From assembly GCA_964572735.1 (NCBI GenBank), contig CAZNHE010000011.1, positions 1 through 57,636 of the forward strand: DNA of 57,636 nt. The letters run 5' to 3'. The stretch comes from an uncultured Chitinophagales bacterium (GTDB lineage: Bacteria > Bacteroidota > Rhodothermia > Balneolales > DATFMH01). The notes beneath the pieces were generated by a model that worked only from the letters and a program-made list of their open reading frames with translations, did not search any database and was not told the DNA's origin. Below are positions 48,839 through 57,636 of this stretch, one piece after another; the stretch's first letter is position 1; each line of letters opens with the position of its first letter. The position numbers and the translations under genes were made by a program.

Positions 48839-50959
48839 ATGGATCTGCTCACACCGGCATACCATTCGACGTTTGCTCTTGTACTGATCGTATTATTGTT
48901 TCCCGCAGCGGCCGTCCTTGCCTGGTGGAGTTACCGAAAACCGATCTCTCTTTCCATCCCCCTCCGTTATACTCTGATGATCCTGCGCTGTCTGGCTATC
49001 TGGATCATCCTGATCGTTTTGCTAAACCCGGTTATCAAAATGACCCGTTCATGGGAGGTGAAGCCCGATATAGCGGTACTGCTCGATAACTCGGCCAGCA
49101 TGACGATAAAAAAGGGGGATTATCAGGGGATCCCGGATTACCGGTCCGTACTCAACGCGTTACAGCTCTCGGACACCAGCCACATCCGATATCATACCTT
49201 CGCCTTTTCCCGAAACGTGCACGCTGCCCCGCCCGGCAGCCTGGCCTTCAATGGAGAGAATACCGATCTTGACGCCGCCCTGAGGTCCGTATCCCGGCAG
49301 GGAGAACCGTATAACGCGATCATCCTGGTCAGCGACGGTATCTCAACTTACGGCGCCGACCCCACAAACACGGTAAACCGGCTGACGATCCCGGTATTCA
49401 CAATCGCCACAGGAGATACGACCCATGAGCGGGATATTGTCGTGGAAAATATCGTTCACCCTGACAAATCGTACAAAAACACCCCTACTCCCCTTGACGT
49501 GACGATATTGAACGACGGATTTCCGGATGACAGGCTCGATGTTCAGCTGATCAGAAATAATGAGATCATCGACCATAAAACCATCCGGACGAAGGGGAAG
49601 AAATCCGCAGTAACCGTCCACTTCTCGGTGAAACCGGTTGAAACGGGATTACATCAGTACGAGATTCGGGTTCCGGCACTTTCAGGTGAACGCAATACAC
49701 GCAACAATCATCGTTTTGTGACACTGAAGGTCCTGAAGAACCAAATCCGGATTCTTCACCTTGCTTTCGAGATTTATCCGGATGTGAAGACGGTGCGTTC
49801 CATCCTTGAGGAGGACAAAGGCATCAAATTATCAACGCGAACCTGGGTTTCGGGAGATACTTTCATCGGAGGAAATCTTCCTGCAAAACCGGATTCTCTG
49901 GATGTGGTCATCCTTCAGGGATATCCTGACTCCTCTGTTCCTCAGAAAGTCAGAAAACAGGTGCAGAAGCTGATTCAAAACAAGCCGGTCATTCTGTTGG
50001 CTACGCCCCGAACGGATATTACCGATGCCGGCCCTTCGCTTCGGTCTGTCCTCCCGCTGGATGTCCCACCGGGAACCCCTTCTATGAGAATCTCCATTCA
50101 GAAAAATGCAAAGGAAGAGGGGCATCCCGTTCTTGATTTACCGGCCATCGATCAGGGAAACGTTCCGGCTATGTATGGACCCATCAAAAATGTAAAGGCA
50201 GCCGCCGGCGCTCATGATTTATTCGACGCGGTGTATCACGATCAGGATACGCACACTCCGGTACTGGCTCTCAGAACACTCGGCAACCGGCGGATTGCCG
50301 AAATGCTGGCTTTCGGCTACTTTCACTGGTATCAGCAACCCGGCTCCACCCGCGATTTCGTGATAAAGCTGATAAACAACCTGGTCCAATGGACCGCTAC
50401 CTCGCCGGATAACCGCCTGTTGCGGCTCAAACCCACACAGCCGGTGTATAACCAGACGGAATCTGTGGCATTTACCGCCCTGCTGAACAACCAAAACGGC
50501 CGGCCCGAAGACCAGGCTATTATCGAACTGACGATCGACGGAGATCAATACGAAAGCCGTCATTTTACAATGACGCATTCAGGTACAGGTCAATATGATC
50601 TTCAGGTAGGTAAATTACCGGAGGGACATTACCATTATCATGCGGTTGCCCGCCGGCAGAAAGTTATCCTTGGAAAAGCGAATGGGGAGTTTATCATCGG
50701 CACCAAAGGCACCGAATTCGTCAATACCGATCGGAATGATGCGCTGATGAGCTATATTGCCAAAACCACAGGCGGCGGATTTTATACCTGGCAGAACGCC
50801 TCTGAGGTCCTTCCAGCCATGCGCAGCAGAGGATTGCTCCAAACAACGCAGAAAACAGAAAATACCTCTCTGCCCCTGCATCAGTCTCCGTGGTGGCTCG
50901 TGGCCGCACTCATACTGCTTACCGGCGAATGGACGATCCGGAAGGTAAAAGCACTGTAG
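48839..50959 (+). CDS. Membrane-anchored vWA-domain protein with Ig-like domains
   Basis: N-terminal TMs, MIDAS DNSAS, SDG, C-terminal GGGFY...TM...EWTIRK. Confidence 0.8.
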   Translation: MDLLTPAYHSTFALVLIVLLFPAAAVLAWWSYRKPISLSIPLRYTLMILRCLAIWIILIVLLNPVIKMTRSWEVKPDIAVLLDNSASMTIKKGDYQGIPDYRSVLNALQLSDTSHIRYHTFAFSRNVHAAPPGSLAFNGENTDLDAALRSVSRQGEPYNAIILVSDGISTYGADPTNTVNRLTIPVFTIATGDTTHERDIVVENIVHPDKSYKNTPTPLDVTILNDGFPDDRLDVQLIRNNEIIDHKTIRTKGKKSAVTVHFSVKPVETGLHQYEIRVPALSGERNTRNNHRFVTLKVLKNQIRILHLAFEIYPDVKTVRSILEEDKGIKLSTRTWVSGDTFIGGNLPAKPDSLDVVILQGYPDSSVPQKVRKQVQKLIQNKPVILLATPRTDITDAGPSLRSVLPLDVPPGTPSMRISIQKNAKEEGHPVLDLPAIDQGNVPAMYGPIKNVKAAAGAHDLFDAVYHDQDTHTPVLALRTLGNRRIAEMLAFGYFHWYQQPGSTRDFVIKLINNLVQWTATSPDNRLLRLKPTQPVYNQTESVAFTALLNNQNGRPEDQAIIELTIDGDQYESRHFTMTHSGTGQYDLQVGKLPEGHYHYHAVARRQKVILGKANGEFIIGTKGTEFVNTDRNDALMSYIAKTTGGGFYTWQNASEVLPAMRSRGLLQTTQKTENTSLPLHQSPWWLVAALILLTGEWTIRKVKAL

Positions 50960-51321
50960 AGGATGATAGGGATAGGGAAGTTTAAAGTACTTAAAGTTTG
51001 GAGTACTTAGAGCTTTCTAAAAGAACCCTTGAAGTTTTATCGGAAGCTGGTAAATGAATATTACTATATTATAAAAAATGGTTATATACTCAGGGTTTTG
51101 AATTACATAAACTTACCCGGTATCACTTCTTCGGATTTTTGTACTTCCCTGCCTCTTCGAGGTCCTCGGGTTGCCTGAGCGGCTTTTTTATCCGAAATTA
51201 ATCATACTACCTCCTACAGGCTATTACAGCAGAAATATCCCAATGAAACAATCCGGGGCGATTGCAACACTCCAAATCACTTCACCACATCGCCATTACT
51301 CAGATATTTGCCATCCTCTCG

Positions 51322-51481
51322 TTTCAGCACCCATTGCCGTCTGCTTTAGCTGACGGACTATGAAGTCTCTCCATAAATAGGGCTTTTAGCCCATGATGCC
51401 GGGGCCTTTATGGGCTAAAGCCCTATTTGGAGGCGGCTTTTTTTATCCGTTGGCTAAAGCCAACGGCAATGGGTGCTGAAA
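51322..51481. repeat. REPIN-like 160 bp nested inverted-repeat element
   Basis: Outer arms 51322-51357 and 51446-51481 match at 32/36; inner arms 51370-51394 and 51410-51431. Confidence 0.85.
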
Positions 51482-51571
51482 ATGAATGGGAGAAAGAAAA
51501 GACAGATGACTGAAACCAATGGCAATGGGCGGCGAAATTATGCATCACACCATGATTGACATGGTACAAAA

Positions 51572-54220
51572 TCACTTCACCACGAAGTTTATGATTTTGC
51601 CCGGTACGAAGATTTCCTTCACCACATTGCCATTATTCAGATAGTTAGCCACTCTCTTGTTACGGCGCGCCTGATCCAGTACATAGTTTTTATCAGCAGC
51701 TTTATCGGCCGGTACTTCAATTCGTCCGCGTACTTTCCCGTTAATCTGCACGGCGTATATTTTGGTCTCACTTTTCAGGTATTCCTCTTTCCATTCAGGC
51801 CACGGCTCATGTGCCAGTGATCCTGCGTGACCTAAACGGCTCCAGAGTTCCTCAGCAATATGCGGGGCAAAGGGAGAAAGAAGCCGCACGTATGCCTCCA
51901 TCGCCGAACGAGGTCTTTTCTCCCATTTTTGTGCTTCATTATTGAAAATCATCAGGGCGGAAATGGCGGTATTAAGTTTGATCCCTTCGATGTCGTCGGT
52001 CACTTTGCGGATCGTTTCGTGCAGGATCTTCAACTGATCGCGATCCGGATCAATATCGGCCACCTCTTTGTTCAGTTCACCGGTCTCTTCATCAAGGATC
52101 AGGCGCCATACCCGGTTGAGGTACCGGAAGACACCCTCCACCCCCTGTGTACTCCAGGGTTTAACCTGCTCAAGTGGTCCCATGAACATCTCGTAGAGTC
52201 GCAGCGCATCGGCGCCGTACTGATGTACCACGTCATCCGGGTTAATGACGTTGCCCCGCGACTTCGACATCTTGAATGAGCGCGCATCGATTACCGTGTT
52301 CGTGCCTTTGATTACAAATGCATCTCCCTTTTTCTCTACCTCGGATTCCTCCAGGCGGACCGGCACCCACCCTTCCAACGGACCTTTTTCCTCTACGGAC
52401 ACGAAATGTCCGGCTTCGTCTTTATAAGCCGTATACTCCATTTCCCCTAAAATCATCCCCTGATTTACAAGGCGATAAAAGGGTTCTTTCGTGGCAACCA
52501 CGCCGATATCGTACAGCACCTTATGCCAGAAACGGGCGTATAACAAATGCAGCACGGCATGTTCGGCTCCGCCGATATACAGATCAACCGGAAGCCAGTA
52601 TTTCGCTTTCCCGGGATCGACCGGGCCTTTTTCGTAATCCGGATCGATATACCGAAGATAGTACCAGCACGATCCGGCCCATTGCGGCATAGTATTCGTT
52701 TCGCGTTTGGCAGGTTTTCCGGTCTCGGGATCGGTCGTATTCACCCAGTCATCGATGGCTGCCAGCGGCGACTCGCCTGTTCCGGCAGGCTGATAACTAT
52801 CCACATCCGGCAGGGTCACCGGCAGCTCGCTCTCCGGAAGGGCTTTCGGTTTCCCATCGACGTGAATAATCGGAAAGGGTTCCCCCCAATAGCGTTGCCG
52901 GGAGAAGAGCCAGTCGCGCAATTTATAGTTGACGCTTTTCTTCCCATACTTTTTTTGCTGAAGCCATTTCGTAATCTTTTCTTTGGCTGCGGGTACCGGC
53001 AGACCATCCAGCGAAATTTCATCATTTGAGGAATTTACGATTGTACCATTTTCCGTATCTGTAAATGCAGACTTCGCCACGTCTCCACCGGAAACGACTT
53101 CGACAATCGGGAGATCAAACTTGCGGGCAAACTCCCAGTCACGCTCATCGTGGCCCGGGACGGCCATGATGGCTCCGGTCCCATAACCCATCAATACATA
53201 ATCGGCGATCCACACCGGTATGTTTCCTCCTGTTGCCGGGTTAACGGCGTAGCCCCCGGTAAATACACCCGTCTTTTCCTTATTTAACTCGCCACGGTCC
53301 AGATCCGATTTCCGCGAAGCCTGCTCCCGGTAAGCTTCAACCGCCTGTTTGTGCTCTTCCGTGGTCAGCGAATCCACCAGCGGATGCTCGGGCGCAAGCA
53401 CCATGTAAGTGGCACCGAATAACGTGTCGGGGCGCGTGGTAAAGACGCGTATTTTCTCATCTGTTCCGGCCACAGGAAAGTCGATTTCGGCGCCGATCGA
53501 TTTCCCGATCCAGTTGCGCTGCATTTCCTTAATCGATTCGGGCCAGTCGACCTCCTCCAGATCCCTGAGCAGCCGTTCGGCGTACGCAGTGATACGGAGT
53601 ACCCACTGGCGCATCGGCTTACGGATTACCGGAAAACCGCCTACTTCGCTTTTCCCATCGATCACCTCTTCGTTGGCCAGAACGGTTCCCAAAGCCGGGC
53701 ACCAGTTTACCGGCGCATAATCTTCGTAAGCCAGTCCCTTTTTGTATAGCTGAAGGAAAATCCACTGCGTCCATTTGAAATAGTCCGGGTCGGTTGTGTT
53801 TACCTCCCGATCCCAGTCGTAGCTGAACCCCAGCGATTGCAGCTGCCGGCGGAAACGCCCGATATTCTGCTCGGTGGTCACCCGTGGATGCGTACCCGTT
53901 TTAATGGCGTACTGTTCGGCAGGCAGTCCAAAAGCATCCCATCCGATCGGATGCAGCACGTTGAAACCCTTCATGCGTTTATAGCGCGCTATGATATCCG
54001 TGGCAGTATATCCTTCGGGATGACCAACATGCAGGCCGGAACTGCTCGGATATGGAAACATATCCAGCACATAGAATTTAGGCCGGCTCAGATCCGTATC
54101 GTTAGTCCGGAAGGTCTTGTTCGTAAGCCAGTATTGCTGCCACTTCGGTTCAATCCGGGAGGGTTTATACGCTGTTATGCGGTCTTTCGTCGCTTCGTCG
54201 CTAATGGGTTTCTGATTCAT
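51572..54220 (-). CDS. leuS: Leucine--tRNA ligase
   Basis: MFPYPS..LHVGH (HIGH), editing domain FTTRPDT, SRQRYWG, KMSKS. Confidence 0.98.
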   Translation of the reverse strand: MNQKPISDEATKDRITAYKPSRIEPKWQQYWLTNKTFRTNDTDLSRPKFYVLDMFPYPSSSGLHVGHPEGYTATDIIARYKRMKGFNVLHPIGWDAFGLPAEQYAIKTGTHPRVTTEQNIGRFRRQLQSLGFSYDWDREVNTTDPDYFKWTQWIFLQLYKKGLAYEDYAPVNWCPALGTVLANEEVIDGKSEVGGFPVIRKPMRQWVLRITAYAERLLRDLEEVDWPESIKEMQRNWIGKSIGAEIDFPVAGTDEKIRVFTTRPDTLFGATYMVLAPEHPLVDSLTTEEHKQAVEAYREQASRKSDLDRGELNKEKTGVFTGGYAVNPATGGNIPVWIADYVLMGYGTGAIMAVPGHDERDWEFARKFDLPIVEVVSGGDVAKSAFTDTENGTIVNSSNDEISLDGLPVPAAKEKITKWLQQKKYGKKSVNYKLRDWLFSRQRYWGEPFPIIHVDGKPKALPESELPVTLPDVDSYQPAGTGESPLAAIDDWVNTTDPETGKPAKRETNTMPQWAGSCWYYLRYIDPDYEKGPVDPGKAKYWLPVDLYIGGAEHAVLHLLYARFWHKVLYDIGVVATKEPFYRLVNQGMILGEMEYTAYKDEAGHFVSVEEKGPLEGWVPVRLEESEVEKKGDAFVIKGTNTVIDARSFKMSKSRGNVINPDDVVHQYGADALRLYEMFMGPLEQVKPWSTQGVEGVFRYLNRVWRLILDEETGELNKEVADIDPDRDQLKILHETIRKVTDDIEGIKLNTAISALMIFNNEAQKWEKRPRSAMEAYVRLLSPFAPHIAEELWSRLGHAGSLAHEPWPEWKEEYLKSETKIYAVQINGKVRGRIEVPADKAADKNYVLDQARRNKRVANYLNNGNVVKEIFVPGKIINFVVK

Positions 54221-54389
54221 TTATAAGTTTTTGGACTGATTATACTTCCGGAAGAATACCTCGTATTGAGGTCTCCCGGAGAAAAAAATTATTCAGGATT
54301 TAAATTCTGGGATTTATAATTTAATCATAAGGCGTGAAGATACCGTTTTTTAAAACCTTTTGTCCGGTTTGATAAATCCATTTTCATGA

Positions 54390-54510
54390 TCTCCGAAAAT
54401 GTCATCCTGAATCCGTTTGGAGGTTTACCGCGCATACACGAACAGGTACTGGCTGGTATCCTGGAATGAAAACTCGGCCACCCGGCCTCATCAGGATGAC
54501 AGTTCGGAGA
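54390..54510. repeat. ~120 bp element with TGTCATCCTGA inverted repeats (MITE/REP-like)
   Basis: tctccgaa-aa-tgtcatcctga ... tcaggatgaca-g-ttcggaga. Confidence 0.7.
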
Positions 54511-54656
54511 CTTCTAAGAGATTGTCCCAATCCCAGGGAACTTAGCATGCATGTTTACTCCCTTAGCGGGAAGTTCCGCAGAGCCGGCAGAAAACAAGAC
54601 CATAGCACGTACATTAAGAATTCTCATAATCCTATCATCATCTCGAAAATCTCGGT

Positions 54657-55736
54657 TCACCCCTTCCGGACCAGCCAGCTCAACACATCCACGCCATCCG
54701 GCTGCCATGATATCAACGGACACTGGGCGCGGCTCAGCAAATCGGTGCGGTGTTCCCAGCCCGGAATCGTTATGTGATTGCCGGACACATAGATATTCTG
54801 AATCTGATCCGCAAAACGATTCCCCAGTTCAGCAGCTTTTGTTTCATCGCCCTGAACCCAGTAAATCACATGGTTCTGAAGATCCGGCTCGTTTTCCTCT
54901 ATCAGGAAAAGATCCGCGGATGCCTGTGAACGCTTCACGGCTTTATTATAGGCGACCCGGTAACGCAAAGCAGGAGTCTGCTTTCCCGCCGGAGGATTAT
55001 CCAGCCAAAAAGCTTCCAGGCAGTCGGTGAGGGAACATTCCACCGCTTCCAGGGGCAACGGACTCACCACAATGCCAACCGATCGGCACCCCCGTCCCTC
55101 GTACCGGGCTATTGCTTCAGCCAATGCTTTGAGCCAGGCAGAGTCGTCGCGGTCGAGGTACGCCATTGATAAATGAGCGGTCCGGATCAGAAAGCGGGTA
55201 TGTTCATCAGCCATATTTTGTTGATAGAGAATCGTCCTGACTTCCCGAACGGTTTCATTCGATCCCGAAAATAATACGGCGTCGGCATGAAGATCACAAA
55301 AATCGCCAAGCATCCGGCTCCAGTGTATGGATTCCGCCGGATTTCTTTCCCTCCAAAACTCCAGAAACGATGGAAGCAGATACGGATCCCTGCGGGATAT
55401 CTTTCCAAAATATTCATATCCCAGGATCAGACAGGCCAACACATCCTGAAGACCGACCAGCGGCAGGTTCCCGGCATGCAGGCAGAGTATTTTTTGAGGG
55501 ATAATGACAGATTCTGCAGATAGTTGCGTATCAATCCAGGATTCCAGATGCATTACGGTTACGTGCCGTTCGAAACATTGTAAACCGTATTCCACATCGT
55601 GATCCGGGAAGAAGTGCTCTGCGATCGTCTTTTCACGAGCCTCTGAAATGCCGCTTTTCGGATCGTGCAGCCATGCCTGAAACGCATCGGCCACTTTTTT
55701 TGCCCGTTCTCTGATATCCTTACTGTCCCTGTTCAA
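54657..55736 (-). CDS. LuxC-like acyl-CoA/acyl-protein reductase
   Basis: AGNLPLVGLQD, KISRRD, FSGSNET, catalytic GRGCRS, AQCP..W.PDGVD; TTG start abuts the luxE-like stop. Confidence 0.8.
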   Translation of the reverse strand: MNRDSKDIRERAKKVADAFQAWLHDPKSGISEAREKTIAEHFFPDHDVEYGLQCFERHVTVMHLESWIDTQLSAESVIIPQKILCLHAGNLPLVGLQDVLACLILGYEYFGKISRRDPYLLPSFLEFWRERNPAESIHWSRMLGDFCDLHADAVLFSGSNETVREVRTILYQQNMADEHTRFLIRTAHLSMAYLDRDDSAWLKALAEAIARYEGRGCRSVGIVVSPLPLEAVECSLTDCLEAFWLDNPPAGKQTPALRYRVAYNKAVKRSQASADLFLIEENEPDLQNHVIYWVQGDETKAAELGNRFADQIQNIYVSGNHITIPGWEHRTDLLSRAQCPLISWQPDGVDVLSWLVRKG

Positions 55737-56759
55737 CTATTCCTCCTGATCAATCAGGAAATTGCATCCCCGCAGGTTATGCGTTTTCCAGCGTCCCAGT
55801 ACACGAAATTTCCCATCGAAATCCATGACACCGCGATCGCCCGTTAGCAGGAAGGAACAGGACCAGATATTGGCCAGATCTATGATCCCAATCAACCCTT
55901 CCCGATTCGCCGGCTGAATTTTCGTCGGATTCTCCGGGTCGCGAATCGTAATCCCAAGCCAGTCTGTTGCCTCGAATTCGCTGCCGCCGCGATTATAAGC
56001 CTGGCTCAGCATCTCGGCCATCCCATATTCCGAGTGAATCTGCCCGCCAGGCAATCCAAAACCCGCTGATAGTCGTTGATGAAGTTCGGCCCGTGTCATC
56101 TCCCGTTTATACGTTTTCATACCGCCTGTTTCCATGACAATCGCATCCTCCGGCAACCGAACCACCCTCATTTCAATCAAATCCAATAAACCAAATGCTG
56201 CTCCAAAAAGCATCAGCCTTTTTCCGGAATCCCTGATTCGGCGAACATCATCCTCTCTCAACGGCTCATTTAGGGGCAGGAAACGGCTCAGTCCACTTTC
56301 ATCCTGTCCGATCAGTTCATTGATCATCCAAATCAGCGAGGAATGAGGGTTTTCGGAATATCCCGGTGTATATCCCCAGATGGCTAACTTGTCCAATGGA
56401 TAAAACTGCCGAAATCCTCTCAGCAGGGATTGCCGGTACAGATCTGTCTTGTATATTTCATGGCGGCTGCGCTTCATGCCACCTGTTCCGCTGCTTTGGA
56501 AAACCAATTCCGGATCCTTCCACGAACCTGTTTTTACCACCGTATCCCGAAATGCTTCAATCGGCAACAGGGGAATCTGTTCAGGAGAAGTAACCTCATC
56601 CGCAACAACACCGAGGGCATCGACAAATCGCCGGTATACCTCATTTCCTCCGTACTGGAACCGGAAGACAACCTGTGCTTTTTCTTCAAAGGAAACATCA
56701 GCGTCGAAAATAAAATCTCCCCACTCGCCGGGGTTCTCCGGATGTCGCCTTGTCGTCAT
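55737..56759 (-). CDS. LuxE-like acyl-protein synthetase (ANL adenylation family)
   Basis: IPLLPIEAF, FQSSGT, METGGMK, HSEYGMAEMLSQAY, TGDRG, LGR...RGCN. Confidence 0.85.
   Translation of the reverse strand: MTTRRHPENPGEWGDFIFDADVSFEEKAQVVFRFQYGGNEVYRRFVDALGVVADEVTSPEQIPLLPIEAFRDTVVKTGSWKDPELVFQSSGTGGMKRSRHEIYKTDLYRQSLLRGFRQFYPLDKLAIWGYTPGYSENPHSSLIWMINELIGQDESGLSRFLPLNEPLREDDVRRIRDSGKRLMLFGAAFGLLDLIEMRVVRLPEDAIVMETGGMKTYKREMTRAELHQRLSAGFGLPGGQIHSEYGMAEMLSQAYNRGGSEFEATDWLGITIRDPENPTKIQPANREGLIGIIDLANIWSCSFLLTGDRGVMDFDGKFRVLGRWKTHNLRGCNFLIDQEE
56589..56694. repeat. Direct repeat copy A (inside the luxE-like 5' region)
   Basis: 105/106 identical to 57531-57636. Confidence 0.95.
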
Positions 56760-56812
56760 TTGCCGGCCGGATTATGGTTGTTCATCTTGATGCACTTGTT
56801 AGAGTAACCATC

Positions 56813-57115
56813 TTACTTTAAATCCAGGCCTGATTCGTTAAAATCCTGTTTGGCATGTCGGATGGTGAGAATCTCTATACTTTCTTCCTGAATTTCATAG
56901 ACGATAAGATAGTCTTTTCTGATAATCAATTCTCTTACCTTTTCATCATTTAGAATAGGGACCATTCGACCCGCACGTGGGTGTGTCTTTAGATCCCCTA
57001 CCCGCCTTTCAAACTCTTCAACCAGTGCCAGGGCGGCATCTATGTTGTCGGTTGAAATATAATCAATAATTTCTTCGATTTTCCTGCGGGAAACAGCCGA
57101 CCAGACAATCTTCAT
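56813..57115 (-). CDS. RelE/ParE-family type II toxin
   Basis: MKIVWS..., IDYISTDN, HPRAGRMVP, RELI..DYLIVY, ILTIRH; ATGA overlap with the antitoxin. Confidence 0.9.
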   Translation of the reverse strand: MKIVWSAVSRRKIEEIIDYISTDNIDAALALVEEFERRVGDLKTHPRAGRMVPILNDEKVRELIIRKDYLIVYEIQEESIEILTIRHAKQDFNESGLDLK

Positions 57116-57399
57116 TTCAACTGCTTCAAGCGTTCTTTTAAAGAACTCATCACTTCTTCATGAACAACCCCTTTGCCTTCTTCAACTTCCTGGCGGGCCT
57201 GGTTGATTTCCTGAAGCAGTTCAATAGTATCCAGCATTTTTTCATAATCGGAGACCTCAAGCAGAACGGCCGAACTCTTTCCGTGTTGCGTGATAACGAG
57301 AGGGCGGTGTTCCTTTTTGACCTGCTCAATCATTGAAGCAGCATTGGCCCGAAATTCCGAGAGAGGTCGAATATCTTTAGTAAGTTGAACACGTTTCAT
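57112..57399 (-). CDS. Phd/YefM-family antitoxin
   Basis: DIRPLSEFRAN, RPLVITQHGKSSAVLL..SDYE. Confidence 0.92.
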   Translation of the reverse strand: MKRVQLTKDIRPLSEFRANAASMIEQVKKEHRPLVITQHGKSSAVLLEVSDYEKMLDTIELLQEINQARQEVEEGKGVVHEEVMSSLKERLKQLK

Positions 57400-57530
57400 G
57401 AGACCACCAATTGTTTCATATAACGACTTATATATGGTACGTAATTAGTTACAGATTAACAACGGGGAGAGAAGGGAAAAGTTGTTATAACGATAAGCTA
57501 AGCGTGTGAAGGTTTACCACGTCCGCCTTC

Positions 57531-57636
57531 AGTAACCTCATCCGCAACAACACCGAGGGCATCGACAAATCGCCGGTATATCTCATTTCCTCCGTACTGG
57601 AACCGGAAGACAACCTGTGCTTTTTCTTCAAAGGAA
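57531..57636 (-). pseudogene. Truncated second copy of the luxE-like 5' region (direct repeat copy B), running off the window end
   Basis: Reads ...SFEEKAQVVFRFQYGGNEIYRRFVDALGVVADEVT, then diverges to EGGRGKPSHA*; one substitution (V to I) versus the intact gene. Confidence 0.85.

Noticed and set aside
54221-54656. T-box or attenuator upstream of leuS
   Set aside because: No T-box consensus or Leu-rich leader peptide seen; the structure present is the inverted-repeat element
54657-56759. Bioluminescence operon
   Set aside because: No luxA, luxB, luxD or luxG in the window

Overview
Mostly core-genome bacterial DNA of moderate GC. Several features point to the Balneolota/Rhodothermota side of the FCB group (inference): TATATTTG-type promoters, a T9SS sorting-domain fragment, a stand-alone nuoI, System I cytochrome c maturation with a Cys-type CcmE, and a surA-moxR cluster. 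Housekeeping genes include rnz, sufE, ogt, bcp, tRNA-Asn(GTT), truA, ccmCDEF, dut, murA, rne, hslVU, an S41 protease, nuoI, der, a UvrD/PcrA helicase, three parvulin/SurA PPIases with moxR and a vWA gene, and leuS. The accessory or unexplained parts are: (1) an operon of a degenerate M20-like gene, gpgS, a GT4 and a HAD phosphatase, resembling mannosylglucosylglycerate synthesis; (2) a ~1.8 kb islet (24.6-26.4 kb) bounded by near-identical palindromes, holding a GC-mosaic beta-propeller lipoprotein and an orphan T9SS C-terminal domain; (3) a luxE/luxC-like pair without luciferase, preceded by a Phd/RelE toxin-antitoxin module that has attC-like remnants and lies between two copies of a >=106 bp piece of luxE; (4) two candidate small RNAs, one behind an ECF-sigma-type promoter; (5) several REP/REPIN-like elements. 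I saw no CRISPR array, integrase, transposase or rRNA. All calls are motif recognition by eye; no database search was run.
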